Shown in pieces: positions 49,782-61,574 of a DNA stretch of 64,000 nt (position 1 is the first letter of the stretch; each line of letters starts with the position of its first letter). The stretch spans positions 47,031 to 111,030 of the forward strand of contig NZ_JBAQMD010000118.1 in NCBI RefSeq assembly GCF_049302455.1, written 5' to 3'. The translations under genes were made by a program, and so were the position numbers. Below the pieces are notes generated by a model that was not told the DNA's origin, did no database searches, and was given only the letters and a program-made list of their open reading frames with translations. Source of the stretch: Rhodoferax ferrireducens (GTDB lineage: Bacteria; Pseudomonadota; Gammaproteobacteria; Burkholderiales; Burkholderiaceae_C).

Positions 49782-50663
49782 ATGAGCACAGCCATCAGCA
49801 TCAATGCACTGAACAAGACATTTCGCGGCGGCCGCAAAGCGCTGCACGATATTCATCTGGATATCAAGGCCGGTGAAATGGTGGCGCTGATTGGCGCCTC
49901 GGGCTCCGGCAAGTCAACCCTGCTGCGCCACATGGCCGGCCTCATGGCCGGGGACGGTGCGGGCCAGGGGCTGATCCAGATCCACGGCCAGACCGTGCAG
50001 CAGAACGGAAAAATCGCAGCCGACATCCGACGCACCCGCGCGGGCGTTGGCTTCGTCTTTCAGCAGTTCAACCTGGTGGACCGGCTGCCCGTCATCGTCA
50101 ACGTGCTGGCCGGCACGCTGCACCGCGTGCCTTTGTGGCGCAGTCTGCTGCGCTGGTTCACGCCCAGTGAGGTGGCCCGCGGCGTGGAGGCCTTGCGGCG
50201 GGTCGGCATCGCCGAGTGTTGCGCCCAGCGCGCCTCGACCCTGTCGGGCGGCCAGCAGCAGCGCGCTGCCATTGCGCGCGCCATGGTGCAGGGCGCCCGG
50301 GTCATCCTGGCTGACGAACCCATTGCCTCGCTCGATCCCGAGTCCTCACGCAAGGTCATGGACATCCTGGCGCGCGTCAACCGGGAGGACAAATGCACGG
50401 TGGTGGTGTCGCTGCACCAGGTGAACGTCGCCATCAAGTATTGCCCCCGCACCGTCGCCCTGCACCAGGGGCGCGTGGTGTACGACGGCCCTTCGGTGGC
50501 GCTGACGCCCACCTTGCTGCGCGAACTCTATGGCGCCGATGCCGATGACATCCTGGCGCTGGGCGACCACATCACCAGCCTGCAGGACAACAAGCCGGCT
50601 GCGCCGCATCTGGTCTGGCCCGCTCCGCTGGCAGCGCGCGCCCCGCTCGCCAGCGCGGCCTGA
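49782..50663 (+). CDS. phnC: Phosphonate ABC transporter ATP-binding protein
   Basis: 293 aa. Walker [10 protein letters not shown], signature LSGGQQQR and Walker B ILADEP. Followed by phnD and phnE. Confidence 0.9.
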   Translation: MSTAISINALNKTFRGGRKALHDIHLDIKAGEMVALIGASGSGKSTLLRHMAGLMAGDGAGQGLIQIHGQTVQQNGKIAADIRRTRAGVGFVFQQFNLVDRLPVIVNVLAGTLHRVPLWRSLLRWFTPSEVARGVEALRRVGIAECCAQRASTLSGGQQQRAAIARAMVQGARVILADEPIASLDPESSRKVMDILARVNREDKCTVVVSLHQVNVAIKYCPRTVALHQGRVVYDGPSVALTPTLLRELYGADADDILALGDHITSLQDNKPAAPHLVWPAPLAARAPLASAA

Positions 50664-50705
50664 ATCCGATTTCTCTCTCGTGTCACACTTCAAAAGGAAA
50701 CTCCC

Positions 50706-51674
50706 ATGATCAAGAAACTGCTCGCCAGCCTGGCTGGCGCCACGCTCATCGCCATCAATCCCGTGGCAGCCCAGGAATTGAAGGAAATCAATTTCGGCAT
50801 CATCTCGACCGAATCGTCCCAGAACCTGAGATCGGACTGGCAACCGGTGCTGGACGGCATGGCCAAAAAAACCGGCATGAAGGTCAATGCCTTTTTTGCC
50901 CCGGACTACGCCGGCATCATCGAAGGCATGCGCTTCAACAAGGTCCATGTGGCCTGGTTTGGCAACAAGTCGGCGATGGAAGCCGTGGACCGCGCCGGTG
51001 GTGAGGTGTTTGCGCAAATGGTCAACGCCGACGGCACGCAGGGCTACTACTCGCATCTGATCGTGCACAAGGACAGCCCGATCAAATCGCTGGACGACAT
51101 GCTCAAGCAAGGCAAGAACCTGTCCTTCGGCAACGGCGACCCCAACTCCACCTCGGGCTTCCTGGTGCCCAGCTATTACGTCTTTGCCCAAAACAAGATC
51201 GACCCCAAGACTTTCTTCAAGCTCACGCGCAGCGCCAACCATGAGTCCAACGCACTGGCAGTCGCCAACAAGCAGGTGGACGTGGCCACCAACAACAGCG
51301 AGAACCTGGACAAGCTGAAAGAAAAACTGCCCGAAAAATTCAACGACATCCGCGTCATCTGGACCTCGCCGCTGATCCCGCTGGACCCGCTGGTGATCCG
51401 CAAGGATTTGCCCGAAGCCACCAAGGCCAAAGTGCGTGATTTCTTCTACACCTATGGCCAAGGCGGCCAGCAGGAAAAAGACAACCTCTTCAAGCTGTCC
51501 AAGCTCTCGGGCTTCAAGGCATCGAGCAACGGCCAGCTCATTCCCATTCGCCAGCTTGAACTCTTCAAGGCGCGCAACAAATTCGAAGCCGATGCCAATC
51601 TGGCCGCTGCCGACAAGCAGAGCAAGCTGGCCGATATCGACAAACAACTGGCTGCGCTGGGCAAGGTGCAGTAA
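50706..51674 (+). CDS. phnD: Phosphonate/phosphite ABC transporter substrate-binding protein
   Basis: 322 aa with a signal peptide. PhnD idiom ([22 protein letters not shown]). Confidence 0.9.
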   Translation: MIKKLLASLAGATLIAINPVAAQELKEINFGIISTESSQNLRSDWQPVLDGMAKKTGMKVNAFFAPDYAGIIEGMRFNKVHVAWFGNKSAMEAVDRAGGEVFAQMVNADGTQGYYSHLIVHKDSPIKSLDDMLKQGKNLSFGNGDPNSTSGFLVPSYYVFAQNKIDPKTFFKLTRSANHESNALAVANKQVDVATNNSENLDKLKEKLPEKFNDIRVIWTSPLIPLDPLVIRKDLPEATKAKVRDFFYTYGQGGQQEKDNLFKLSKLSGFKASSNGQLIPIRQLELFKARNKFEADANLAAADKQSKLADIDKQLAALGKVQ

Positions 51675-52477
51675 TGCGGACCGCACCTCAACCAAGGCCT
51701 GATTTTCTTGAGGTGCAAACACCCCGTACCAACCTGCTGGGCTTGTTGGCCTGGGGTCTTTTGCTGGCCTTGCTGGCCGGCTCCTGGCGGGGCGCCGATA
51801 TGCGCCCATTCGACCTGGTGCGCGATGCGGGCAACATGGCCACCTACGCCTTTGATTTCTTTCCGCCAAAATTTGGCGACTGGCGGCTGTACCTGCGGGA
51901 AATGATCGTCACGCTGGAAATTGCGCTGTGGGGCACGGCGCTGGCCGTGGTGTTTGCCGTGCCGCTGGGCTTGCTGTCATCCGTCAATATCACGCCGTGG
52001 TGGATTCACCAGCCGATCCGCCGCCTGATGGACGCGGCGCGCGCCATCAACGAGATGGTGTTTGCCATGCTGTTCATCGTGGCCGTGGGCCTGGGGCCTT
52101 TTGCCGGTGTGCTGGCCCTGTTTGTCCACACCACCGGCATTCTGGCCAAACTGTTTTCCGAAGCGGTGGAGTCGATTGACGCCCAGCCGGTGGAGGGCAT
52201 CCGCGCCACCGGTGCCCATGCGTTGGAAGAAATTGTCTACGGCATCATCCCGCAGGTGCTGCCCTTGTGGATTTCCTATTCGCTCTACCGTTTTGAATCG
52301 AATGTGCGCTCCGCCTCGGTGGTGGGCATGGTCGGTGCCGGCGGCATCGGTGTCATTCTGTGGGAAATCATTCGCGGCTTTCAATACGCCGAAACCTGCG
52401 CCGTGATGATCATCATCATTGTGACGGTGACGGTGATTGACGTGATCTCCGCGCGAATTCGCAAATCCCTCATCTGA
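51674..52477 (+). CDS. phnE: Phosphonate ABC transporter permease
   Basis: 267 aa. PhnE idiom ([19 protein letters not shown]; [14 protein letters not shown]). Confidence 0.9.
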   Translation: MRTAPQPRPDFLEVQTPRTNLLGLLAWGLLLALLAGSWRGADMRPFDLVRDAGNMATYAFDFFPPKFGDWRLYLREMIVTLEIALWGTALAVVFAVPLGLLSSVNITPWWIHQPIRRLMDAARAINEMVFAMLFIVAVGLGPFAGVLALFVHTTGILAKLFSEAVESIDAQPVEGIRATGAHALEEIVYGIIPQVLPLWISYSLYRFESNVRSASVVGMVGAGGIGVILWEIIRGFQYAETCAVMIIIIVTVTVIDVISARIRKSLI

Positions 52478-52490
52478 AACATTGCGGAAG

Positions 52491-52697
52491 TCAGCGCTTG
52501 GGCGTTCCCACCGGCCCGCGCCGCGACTGCGACTGATTGCTTCCGCCCACGTGCGACTCGCGGTCGCTGCGGCTGTCCGGCGTGCGCTGGCCCTGATTCA
52601 ACTGCGTGGGCGCTTGCTCACCCTGCTTGTTGGTGTCGTTTTCGACCTTGCCGGTATGCGGTGCCTGTTTGTCACGCGGGTTCGGACTGTGTTTCAT
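52491..52697 (-). CDS. Small hydrophilic hypothetical protein (68 aa)
   Basis: ORF 52491..52775, with ATG 52697 (MKHSPNPRDKQ...) preferred because aaggagacc precedes it. The sequence is highly polar and basic, with no motif. Confidence 0.4.
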   Translation of the reverse strand: MKHSPNPRDKQAPHTGKVENDTNKQGEQAPTQLNQGQRTPDSRSDRESHVGGSNQSQSRRGPVGTPKR

Positions 52698-52895
52698 GGT
52701 GGTCTCCTTGCAGTGGATAAGCAAAAGCGTTTTCCGATGAGTTCTCACATTACTGGAAGTAGAGGCAGCCTGCAAGCGAAAACCTCAACTGTGGCTGGTT
52801 GACTTTGAGCTTTGTTCGCTAGCGAACAGACTCATCACGCCGGGAGGCCTACATTGCAGAAGTTCAAGAACCGCAACACGAACCCCGGGAAAACC

Positions 52896-54350
52896 ATGCT
52901 GAACGACTTGAAACCCATTCACGCCAATGTCGCCGTCATAGGTGCCGGTACCGCCGGCATGGGCGCCTACCGGGCCGCCCGCGCCCATACCGATTCCGTC
53001 TTGCTGATTGAAGGCGACGTCTACGGGACGACTTGCGCCCGTGTGGGCTGCATGCCCAGCAAACTGCTGATTGCCGCTGCGGAGGCGGCGCATCAGGCTC
53101 GGCATACCGAACCGTTCGGGGTGCAGGTGAAAGGCATCACCGTTGACGGCGCGGCAGTCATGGCGCGCGTGCAGCGCGAACGCAACCGTTTTGTCGGATT
53201 CGTGCTGGAGACGGTTGAAGCCATTCCGCCGTGTGACCGCTTAAAGGCAAAGGTCAGTTTTCAGGATGCCAGTACGCTGGTGACGGAACACGGCCAGTTG
53301 ATTCACGCCCAGCGCGTCGTCATCGCCACCGGCAGCATTCCCATGCTGCCGCCGGTGCTCAAAGGTCTGAGCGCGCACCTGCTCACCAATGAAAGCGTAT
53401 TCGACTTGCCCACTTTGCCGGCAAGTCTGGCGGTGTTCGGCCCCGGCATACTGGGGATGGAACTGGCCCAGGCCATGAGCCGCCTGGGCGTGAAGGTCAA
53501 GGTGTTCGGCGTCGGCGGCGGTATTGCCGGTATTCAGGACCCGGCCATTCGGGATTACGCCCACAAGGTTTTCAACGAAGAGTTCTATCTGGATGCGTCG
53601 GCTCAGGTGAAGTCTGTCAAAGAAGTGGCTGGCGGGGTCGAAGTCCATTACCTGCATCGGGACGGGGCCTGGCAAACCGAGCCGTTTGAGTATGTGCTAG
53701 CGGCGGCCGGCCGGACGCCCAATCTCGCCGGGCTGGCGTTGGAAAACACCGGCTTGCAGCTGAACGAGCGCGGCGTGCCGGTGTTTGACCGTTTCACCCA
53801 GCAGTGCGGCAGCAGCGCGATCTTTATTGCCGGCGACGCCAGCAACGACATCCCCCTGCTGCACGAAGCCGCCGACCAGGGTCGCATCGCGGGCGAGAAT
53901 GCCGGGCGTTATCCCGAGATTCAACCCGGCTTGCGCCGCACGCCCCTGGCGGTGGTCTTCACCGATCCTCAAATCGCGTCGGTGGGGTTCAACCTGAAAC
54001 AGCTCGACCAGCAATTCAAGGATCGCTTCGCAGAGGGACTCGTGTCCTTTGAGGACCAGGGGCGCAGTCGGGTCATGCTGCGCAACAAGGGCATTCTGAA
54101 AGTCTACGGCGAGCATGGCAGCGGCTTGTTCCTGGGGGCGGAAATGTTCGGCCCCGCCGCCGAGCACATCGGGCATCTGCTGGCCTGGGCGGCGCAACAG
54201 CGTATGACCGTGTCCGCCATGCTGGACATGCCCTTTTACCATCCAGTCATTGAAGAAGGCTTGCGCACCGCCCTGCGGGATCTCAACCACAAGCTGCACA
54301 TCGGGCCGCCAGTGATAGAGCGTTGTATGGATTGCGGGCCGGGTGCCTGA
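52896..54350 (+). CDS. Dihydrolipoyl dehydrogenase-family flavoprotein (class I pyridine nucleotide-disulfide oxidoreductase)
   Basis: ORF 52812..54350, with ATG 52896 preferred. FAD motif VIGAGTAGMGA, redox-active disulfide GTTCARVGCMPSK and a C-terminal dimerisation idiom (HPVIEEG). Confidence 0.85.
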   Translation: MLNDLKPIHANVAVIGAGTAGMGAYRAARAHTDSVLLIEGDVYGTTCARVGCMPSKLLIAAAEAAHQARHTEPFGVQVKGITVDGAAVMARVQRERNRFVGFVLETVEAIPPCDRLKAKVSFQDASTLVTEHGQLIHAQRVVIATGSIPMLPPVLKGLSAHLLTNESVFDLPTLPASLAVFGPGILGMELAQAMSRLGVKVKVFGVGGGIAGIQDPAIRDYAHKVFNEEFYLDASAQVKSVKEVAGGVEVHYLHRDGAWQTEPFEYVLAAAGRTPNLAGLALENTGLQLNERGVPVFDRFTQQCGSSAIFIAGDASNDIPLLHEAADQGRIAGENAGRYPEIQPGLRRTPLAVVFTDPQIASVGFNLKQLDQQFKDRFAEGLVSFEDQGRSRVMLRNKGILKVYGEHGSGLFLGAEMFGPAAEHIGHLLAWAAQQRMTVSAMLDMPFYHPVIEEGLRTALRDLNHKLHIGPPVIERCMDCGPGA

Positions 54351-54432
54351 TTGAGGCGGCCTTGTCCAAAGAGGATCTTCATGCCGCTCCTAATGTCTGG
54401 CCCCTCATTTGGTACGGCCCCTTTCGCCAGGC

Positions 54433-55401
54433 TCAGAGCGAGCGCACTGGCAGGCATATCTGGCATTCCAGAACACCCGTGCGAGGGTCATACTTTGCGT
54501 TGGGCGGGTAATACTCGAAGCACGGGCGGGCATCGGCCTGCATGCCGCTGGAGGGCAACCAGTTGCGCAGCAGTTCCGTCCAGGCCACACTGATGTCTGG
54601 CACCGTGCCCACAAAGTCACCCACGGCATAAAGACCACCGGGCAAATCAGCAATGCCTGCAGGGCTCTTGGCCACAAAATTGGCGGGCACTTCCACGCAG
54701 GCATCGTACCGGCACTTGGCGGCGGCGGTCACGCCAGGGTCATCCAGGCCAATGCCGTAACACCCCACCCCATCAAGACCATTGGCAAGGCACCACGGCA
54801 CGAAATTCTCCATCCAGAAACGGTTTACCCCCGCGCCATAGGGCCCGGTGTAACGCATATAGGCCACCCGGACGGCGGGCAATTTCTTCACTTTCATATC
54901 CATCTTGAACTCCAGGTTGTTAAGGCCTGTATCTTCCGATGTGCCCGGCGCTGCGGCCTGATCGGGCTTGCTGTGGCGCTGATTCAGATTGCTATTTACA
55001 TGCCGCAGCCGGGTGCTTGCCAACTCATCCGCCCAGCGCTGCGGCGTACCAGCGCGCCAGGCGCTGGGCGTGCACCCAAAGCGCCGTTTGAAGGCACGCG
55101 CAAAGGCCTCGCTGGAGCCAAAGCCCACGGTCAAAGCGATTTCCAGAATGGTGGCCTGTGCGTTCGCTGCCAAATGAACGGCCGCAATCTCCAAGCGCCT
55201 GCGCCACATGTAGTCACCCAGCGTCTCACCGACCCAGGCCAAAAATACACGGTGAAAATGAAAAGCAGAAAAATACGCCACCTCTGCCAGGGTGGGCAGG
55301 TCCAGCGGCGTGTCCAAATGCTGGTCAATGTAGTCCAGCACCTTGTTCATGCGCTGTGCATATTCGACGGCGTGGGTGTTGGATAACGGGGTGCTCTTCA
55401 T
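54433..55401 (-). CDS. AraC-family transcriptional regulator with a GyrI-like effector domain
   Basis: ORF 54433..55461, with ATG 55401 preferred. N-terminal AraC HTH pair (FSAFHFHRVF; SSEAFARAFKRRFG) and a C-terminal GyrI-like half. Confidence 0.85.
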   Translation of the reverse strand: MKSTPLSNTHAVEYAQRMNKVLDYIDQHLDTPLDLPTLAEVAYFSAFHFHRVFLAWVGETLGDYMWRRRLEIAAVHLAANAQATILEIALTVGFGSSEAFARAFKRRFGCTPSAWRAGTPQRWADELASTRLRHVNSNLNQRHSKPDQAAAPGTSEDTGLNNLEFKMDMKVKKLPAVRVAYMRYTGPYGAGVNRFWMENFVPWCLANGLDGVGCYGIGLDDPGVTAAAKCRYDACVEVPANFVAKSPAGIADLPGGLYAVGDFVGTVPDISVAWTELLRNWLPSSGMQADARPCFEYYPPNAKYDPRTGVLECQICLPVRSL

Positions 55402-55811
55402 GGGGCTGGCAGTGTAGCGGCGCTGCACAAATCCGCCAAGGATGCACTTGGACGAAGGCATTGATGGCTGGCCGGATCAGGTCAAAACAAATGTGTGATC
55501 AGAGGGATGCTTCATGCCATCCCTCACGTCTTGCTCCTCTTTCGGTACCCGGTGCATTCACATTGCGTGAAGGCCCTCGCCCAGTGGATGTCGCGCCTGA
55601 GAAAACTTCTCGTCAAGCGATGCTAACGGCCTCAAAAACGGAAAATGAATTCAGTTTTTCCAGGTCCGTTTAAGACCCGAAGCTGACATTCGTTACTGCT
55701 GAATACCTGTGCAAAATGCCAATACTGTTACCTCCGCATGGCAACAGTGCGATGCAATGGCATTGGCTATCAGAACCGAGTGGAATACCTCACATGAGCC
55801 TGATCTCTGGC

Positions 55812-56195
55812 CTATTTGGACTCGAAAGTGACAAATTTGCAAATGGACTTACCAACGTTTTCCGTGGATTGGGAGGAAATCGCGTCCTTCACGGCAGCAC
55901 GCCCCGCTGCGTCGAATGATTCTCTTGACTTGATGTCTGGCTGATGGCGAAGTAGCGCGCAATCGGTGACGAAGTAGACGCCACGCATGGGCGCTGCGTA
56001 AACTTGGCTGCGCTGCCCAGCATTCAATGTGACTTCAATGATTCTGTAGCGCTCGTTCTCTGAAATGACCTTAAAAATTTCGGGCGAAGCGATAAACGAC
56101 GGTGGACTAGATTCCGCTAATGCCATCCCCGTTGCTCCAAGCAGGGTGACAGTGGATAGAGTGACATTGATGAAACGACCAGTAAAAGTTTGCAT
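55812..56195 (-). CDS. Secreted hypothetical protein (127 aa)
   Basis: ORF 55812..56210. ATG 56195 is preceded by a strong RBS aaggagaggg. Signal peptide ...LLGATGMALA. It sits in an AT-rich patch (hand-counted lines give 43-45% GC). Confidence 0.5.
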   Translation of the reverse strand: MQTFTGRFINVTLSTVTLLGATGMALAESSPPSFIASPEIFKVISENERYRIIEVTLNAGQRSQVYAAPMRGVYFVTDCALLRHQPDIKSRESFDAAGRAAVKDAISSQSTENVGKSICKFVTFESK

Positions 56196-56469
56196 GACCC
56201 TCTCCTTCAAGACGAAATCATGGGCGAGACACCCACAACTTCATGCTATGAACTTGACCGGTTTGTACATTGATGAATATCAGCGAAGTTGATTTGCAGT
56301 TCTGACTTCCATTTCTTTGGATGAGACATTTTTCTATGGGTGCCACCGACTACTTCCGCTGCGATCCGGGTGCACGACATGCGCCATACCTGACATTGGA
56401 TTTGAAGTTGAACTTTCGACCATGAACAGGCCGTAGGCTGCTCAGTAAGATAGTTCAATTATTTGATCA

Positions 56470-57405
56470 TCAACGTCGATGTTCGCGTCGAGCAATCCAC
56501 ACCGTAGACGCCAGAATGACCAAGGCACCAAGTAATGTGGTCTGGCTGGGTACATCGGAAAATACCAACCAACCCATCAACGACGCCCAGATCAAGTCAA
56601 GAAAGCGCAAGGACTGTGTGGCCGAGATGTCGGCGACGCGAAACCCACGTGTGAGGCAGTAGTGACCGAGTGAACCCAATACGCCTGCGGTCACAAATCC
56701 CAGCCACTGCCATGCTGTCGGGGACGACCAATTCATCAGACCCAATGGCAGACTCAAAACGGTTACTGATATGGCTTGCCACAGCACGATCACACCCGGT
56801 TTTTCGTAACGGGTAAGCGTCTTTGTCATCAAGAAGGAGGCAGAAAAGACCGGTGCCGATGCCAGCATGACCAAGGAATACCAGCCACCCTGACCAGTGA
56901 GTTTGGGGGCAACCACCACCAGTACACCTGCAAAGCCAATCGTTGCCGCGACCCAGCGATCTGCGCGCATATCCTCGCCCAAAAACCATGCTGCACCAAT
57001 CATGATGAAAATCGGACCCGTAAAGCCAATTGCCGTCATGTCGGCCAGGCCTATATGCGGCAATGCCGTGAACCAGAGCATCAGACCCGCAGTATGAACC
57101 GCGCCACGCCAAAACTGGCCGCGTAAATTAACCGGCCGATAGGCATTCAAGCCTTGACGCCACAGTAGCGGCAACATGGCCACCACGCCAAACAAATACC
57201 GCAAGAACTGCGATTGAAACGGATCCAGAGACAGGGTGATGTTTCGTACGATCGTGTTGAGAAGGGTAAACACCAGGCCGCTCAACGCCACCCACAACAT
57301 GCCACGCCAAACTGCGGGCAGCCGAAATACACGCATTCGGACGTGCCGGTGCGCCAACGCCAATCGGCGTTGCATTGCATTTGAAATTGCGACTTTTGGC
57401 TTCAC
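56470..57405 (-). CDS. DMT-superfamily (EamA) permease
   Basis: 311 aa with about 10 TM helices in two EamA-like halves. The exact start is uncertain. Confidence 0.8.
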   Translation of the reverse strand: MKPKVAISNAMQRRLALAHRHVRMRVFRLPAVWRGMLWVALSGLVFTLLNTIVRNITLSLDPFQSQFLRYLFGVVAMLPLLWRQGLNAYRPVNLRGQFWRGAVHTAGLMLWFTALPHIGLADMTAIGFTGPIFIMIGAAWFLGEDMRADRWVAATIGFAGVLVVVAPKLTGQGGWYSLVMLASAPVFSASFLMTKTLTRYEKPGVIVLWQAISVTVLSLPLGLMNWSSPTAWQWLGFVTAGVLGSLGHYCLTRGFRVADISATQSLRFLDLIWASLMGWLVFSDVPSQTTLLGALVILASTVWIARREHRR

Positions 57406-57573
57406 CAGCGCTGATCGGGGATTGCATGGGACACCACAGGAGTTTATGGGTAGCGGGGTGAATGGGGAGTCGCGGACGATACCGGCAGATCAAATTAGGC
57501 GATGTTGCCTGCACTGATGGCGAAGCCACTTGAGGGCAGCATTCAAAATCATGCAGCCCTGTCGGCTGCCCGG

Positions 57574-58332
57574 CTACAGCCGTACCGTCAGATTGCCCAG
57601 GCCCGCAAAGTCGACGCTGACGCGATCATCCGGCTGGATGGGCAGGCAGCCGACCCAGGAGCCGGTGGTCACCACGGTACCGGCCGCCACCGTGGTCCCA
57701 TGGCGGGTCAGGTGCTGCAACCAGGCTGGCAACAGCCAGGCTGGGTCGTTCAGTGAATGACTGCCGGTGCGCGTGACCGGCGTCTGGCTGCCGACCTTAA
57801 CTTGGCATGTCTGGGCCGACCAATCGCGCGCCGCATAGGGCTGCCAAATGCCCAGCATCAGACCGGCATTCGATTGATGGTCCGCCATGCGCAGAAGCTC
57901 CGGCGCGGCCAGCCCCTCGGTCCAGCGCGAGGCCACCAACTCCACAGCGACGGCCATCGCGTCGACCCAGTCCCCGGCGGTCTCAGACTCCATGGCGCGT
58001 GCCGCCTCGGGGCTGACATCGCGGCCCAGGCGCAGCGCCACCTCGGCCTCCACGCCCAGCAGCGGCCAAGTCTTACTCGCTGGGTTGATGGCCGCCGGGT
58101 CCAAGGGCGCATGGCTGAATGGGCCAGATCGGGTGGCGCCGCCGGACTTCCAGTGCCGCACCAGCGAACCTTTGGCCCAGCCAAGTGCCGCGGCCACGCC
58201 GTCCTGAACCGCGTAGGCATCGGCCTCGCTGTGGACCGCGCTGACCCAGTCAGCAGCACGTAGCGGCTGCCCGCTCAGGCGGGCCTGGCTGAGGGCCGTG
58301 ATCAGTGTTTGGGTATCGGGGCGGATGGACAT
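57574..58332 (-). CDS. 2-keto-4-pentenoate hydratase-like / fumarylacetoacetase-fold protein
   Basis: 252 aa. MhpD/COG3971-like idiom (AYAVQDGV...; GVEAEVALRLG; VTTGSW). Confidence 0.7.
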   Translation of the reverse strand: MSIRPDTQTLITALSQARLSGQPLRAADWVSAVHSEADAYAVQDGVAAALGWAKGSLVRHWKSGGATRSGPFSHAPLDPAAINPASKTWPLLGVEAEVALRLGRDVSPEAARAMESETAGDWVDAMAVAVELVASRWTEGLAAPELLRMADHQSNAGLMLGIWQPYAARDWSAQTCQVKVGSQTPVTRTGSHSLNDPAWLLPAWLQHLTRHGTTVAAGTVVTTGSWVGCLPIQPDDRVSVDFAGLGNLTVRL

Positions 58333-58677
58333 GGCAGCAGCGTGTGGTTCGACCAGTCCATTATGCGGGCCCCATTCCCGAAGACATTACTTGCGCAGGC
58401 CGCTGGCGGCACGTCGTGCGTGTGGTTCCGTGAACGACTGGCAAAGACTGGTTCCTGACATAGAGTTTGCCGAACTGCCTTCTCCAAAGCCGACATAGAC
58501 ATCAGCAGCCGACCAAAAGCAGTCCTCCAAGTTGACGCCGTAAAGCGGTCGTTCACGGCAGCCTGCAAACATGAAGGGCAGTCCTCGTCGATTTTTGAAC
58601 GACGCGTTGGACTGGTCTGTTGGGTGCAGCATCAGAGATGCCGCACGTTCAGTTGTTGAAAAGTCTGAGAAGTCGCC

Positions 58678-60411
58678 TTAAAAGCTTTCCCAATCGTCGC
58701 CGCCGCTCTTGGCTGTCCTGGTGCTGGCGCGCGCTGCCGCCGGCGCACTGAGCGCGGTCTTGAACTTGGGCGCAGCCTGTCGGGTCGGGGAAAGCTGCTT
58801 GGGCGCGCTGTGGTTCGCGGGTGCGGCGGCGCGAGGGCTGCTCAATGCAAAGCCCCCCTGACCTTGCGCCAGCTTAAATACCGCTACGGTGCCGACCAGA
58901 TCCTGCGCCTGCGATTTGAGGTTGGAGGCAGCTGCCGCCATTTCCTCGACCAGCGCGGCGTTCTGCTGCGTGGCCTGGTCCATCTGAGTGACGGCTTCGC
59001 CCACCTGGGATACCCCGGCACTCTGCTCGGAACTGGCCGCACTGATCTCGCCCATGATGTCGGTCACACGCCTGATGGAGTTCACCACCTCGGTCATGGT
59101 GGCACCGGCCTGACCCACCAGCGCCGTGCCTTGCTCGACGCGCTCCACGCTGTCGTTGATGAGAGTCTTGATTTCCTTCGCCGCATCGGCCGAGCGCCCC
59201 GCCAGACTGCGTACTTCACTGGCCACCACGGCAAAGCCACGGCCCTGCTCGCCGGCACGAGCCGCCTCCACCGCCGCGTTCAGGGCCAGGATATTGGTCT
59301 GGAAGGCAATGCCATCAATGACGCTGATGATGTCGCTGATCTTCTGGGACGAATTGTTGATGCCCCTCATGGTGTCGACGACTTGGGCCACCACTTCACC
59401 GCCCTGGATGGCCACACTCGAAGCACTCTGGGCCAACTGGTTGGCCTGTTTGGCATTGTCAGCGTTTTGCTTGACGGTGGAGCTGAGCTCCTCCATAGAG
59501 GCGGCGGTCTCTTCCAGCGCGCTGGCCTGGCTTTCGGTGCGGGCCGACAGGTCGTGGTTGCCCTGGGCAATCTCGGCACTGGCGGTGGCCACGCTCTCGG
59601 AGCCCTGGCGGACGTTGGAGACGACCCCGCTCAGGTTGTCCTGCATGATGGACAGTGCCTGGAGGAGTTGTCCAATTTCGTCTTTTCCGGCTGCACTCAG
59701 GGGCTGGCTCAGGTCGCCTTCGCCAATGTGTTGTGCGGCGACACGTGCCGCATCGACGCCGCGGGAAATGCTGCGCGACAGGCTCCAACTGGTGAGGACA
59801 GCAGCAGCCAGGGCCAGCACCAAGAGCAGTGCGCCCACCAGATACAGCTGTTGGAACATGTCCTTGACTTCCTTTTGGGCCGCGCGGACATTGGCAGCTT
59901 CCCCATCAACCAGCACCTGTGTTGCGCGAATGTAGTCATCTGTGACGGGCAGGAATTTTTTTTCCACCAAGACTCGGGCACCAGCGTCGTCCCCGGCAGT
60001 CTTCAAGGCGTTAACCTGGTCGCGGGTCGCAATCCATGTCTTGCGCACTTCACCCACATTTTCGGCCCGCTTTCTGGACTCGCTGTCCTGCACCTTGGCT
60101 AGAAAAGCCTTTTGTGTCTCGGTGGTCCCGCGTGTTGTGGCAGCCATTGCCTCCTTGAAGAAGTCGAGCATGGTGCCACCCTCTGAATAGCCTACTGCCA
60201 GAGAGCGAGCGGAGTTTTGCCGCACATCACCCTGCCAGTTGCCCGCCAATTGCAGCAGATCGGCAGAGCGCTCCATGCGCGTCGTGGCCTCGGAGGCCAT
60301 GTTGACACGCCATGTGGTAACGCCGGCCAGCAGAAGAAACACCGCGATGATCACGGCAAAACCAAGAGTGAGGCGAGTGGAAATTTTCAGGTTGTTCATA
60401 TCTATTTTCAA
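58678..60411 (-). CDS. Methyl-accepting chemotaxis protein
   Basis: 577 aa with an N-terminal TM and a 4HB-type sensor, then HAMP. Highly conserved signalling hairpin ([37 protein letters not shown]). Confidence 0.95.
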   Translation of the reverse strand: MKIDMNNLKISTRLTLGFAVIIAVFLLLAGVTTWRVNMASEATTRMERSADLLQLAGNWQGDVRQNSARSLAVGYSEGGTMLDFFKEAMAATTRGTTETQKAFLAKVQDSESRKRAENVGEVRKTWIATRDQVNALKTAGDDAGARVLVEKKFLPVTDDYIRATQVLVDGEAANVRAAQKEVKDMFQQLYLVGALLLVLALAAAVLTSWSLSRSISRGVDAARVAAQHIGEGDLSQPLSAAGKDEIGQLLQALSIMQDNLSGVVSNVRQGSESVATASAEIAQGNHDLSARTESQASALEETAASMEELSSTVKQNADNAKQANQLAQSASSVAIQGGEVVAQVVDTMRGINNSSQKISDIISVIDGIAFQTNILALNAAVEAARAGEQGRGFAVVASEVRSLAGRSADAAKEIKTLINDSVERVEQGTALVGQAGATMTEVVNSIRRVTDIMGEISAASSEQSAGVSQVGEAVTQMDQATQQNAALVEEMAAAASNLKSQAQDLVGTVAVFKLAQGQGGFALSSPRAAAPANHSAPKQLSPTRQAAPKFKTALSAPAAARASTRTAKSGGDDWESF

Positions 60412-60412
60412 G

Positions 60413-60937
60413 TCAGTGCGTTGTTTCCGCGATCAGTCCCATTTCGGTGCTGGTCATGAATTTTTCGATGTCGAGCAAGATCAGCATGCGGTCCCCCACC
60501 GAGCCGATGCCCAGCAGGTGGTCACTGCTGACGGCTGAAGAAAGCTCGGGCACCGGGCGCATTTGCTCAGGCTCCAAGGTGATGACGTCGGAGACGCCAT
60601 CGACCACCATTCCCACCACCTGGGTGCCGATGGTGAGCACGATCACCACGGTGAAGGTGTCGTAATTCACCTGCTCGAGTTTGAACTTGATGCGCATGTC
60701 CACAATCGGCACGATCACGCCGCGCAGATTGACAACCCCCTTGATGAAGGCCGGTGCATGGGCCATGCGGGTGGGTTCTTCATAGGAGCGGATTTCCTGC
60801 ACGCGCAGAATGTCAATGCAGTATTCCTCGCGGCCGAGCTTGAAGGCCAGGAACTCGCGGATGGAAGTGGCGGCCCCGGCCATGGGGGCGCCTTGGGATG
60901 TTGCCGTGCCGGATGCGGTGGCGGTTTGTTGACTCAT
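60413..60937 (-). CDS. cheW: Chemotaxis coupling protein CheW
   Basis: 174 aa. CheW idiom ([22 protein letters not shown]..., [16 protein letters not shown]). It ends 1 nt before the MCP start. Confidence 0.9.
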   Translation of the reverse strand: MSQQTATASGTATSQGAPMAGAATSIREFLAFKLGREEYCIDILRVQEIRSYEEPTRMAHAPAFIKGVVNLRGVIVPIVDMRIKFKLEQVNYDTFTVVIVLTIGTQVVGMVVDGVSDVITLEPEQMRPVPELSSAVSSDHLLGIGSVGDRMLILLDIEKFMTSTEMGLIAETTH

Positions 60938-61574
60938 GGGAGGGGTCCTTCTAGCGCTTGGGCTATGTCACAGTAACAGGCGCCGCAGTCGGTGACGCTG
61001 ATGATTTTCTGGTTGAAATGTTCTCAAGGCTTATCGACATAAACTCCGCTTTCTTGATGACTAATTTCATGTCGTTGAAATGCATAGCATGACCTTCTGG
61101 TAATGCATTGCGGGTGGGTCAGCGCAAGCCCGCGACAGAAATATGACGGTCACGTGCTCGGCTGCTCCCAGTCAACGGCGCATCGGGCTAAAAGGAGAGG
61201 GGGCAGCGCTTCGGACTCCACAGTTCGTGGCGACGGGTACCGACTTCGACCTGACGGTGACGCTGGGGGCTATCTGCTGGACCCGATCTGTTTTCGGCAA
61301 CCCCGCGGCCATTTCGCACGAATGCGTCAGGCCGCTGATTGGAAATCGGAATCATGTATTTGTGCTTCCAGAAAAGAGCCTGTGGGCTACACCCGCTCCC
61401 GCAGCAATGCGGGTCCCCATCCCGCTCCCAAGCAGCCCTTGAAGTTGCCAGGCCGGCCATTTGTCGCGTTGGCCAGCGGCATTTGAGTCCAAAACAAAAC
61501 AATAGCGCGAACAGGCCAAGCGACAGATCGATGCCATCTGCTCCGCGGTATCGGCACCGTCGCCAGTCACTCCA

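Noticed and set aside
50346-51869. 507-aa minus-strand ORF, one of the longest in the track
   Set aside because: It is entirely antisense to the well-supported phnC/phnD genes. Its composition (R/A/G/H/V-rich, no motifs) is typical of spurious antisense ORFs in high-GC DNA.
56246-56458. 70-aa minus-strand ORF in the AT-rich patch
   Set aside because: It has no motif, no RBS and an odd composition. It is mentioned only as possible decay debris in the AT-rich-patch finding.
58333-58677. Lower-GC gap (about 50% in one hand-counted line) with 81- and 88-aa minus-strand ORFs
   Set aside because: Neither peptide has a recognisable motif or a convincing RBS. It may be a decayed gene fragment, but I cannot support a call.
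58810-60102. 430-aa plus-strand ORF
   Set aside because: It is antisense to the MCP gene, whose signalling-domain sequence is unmistakable.
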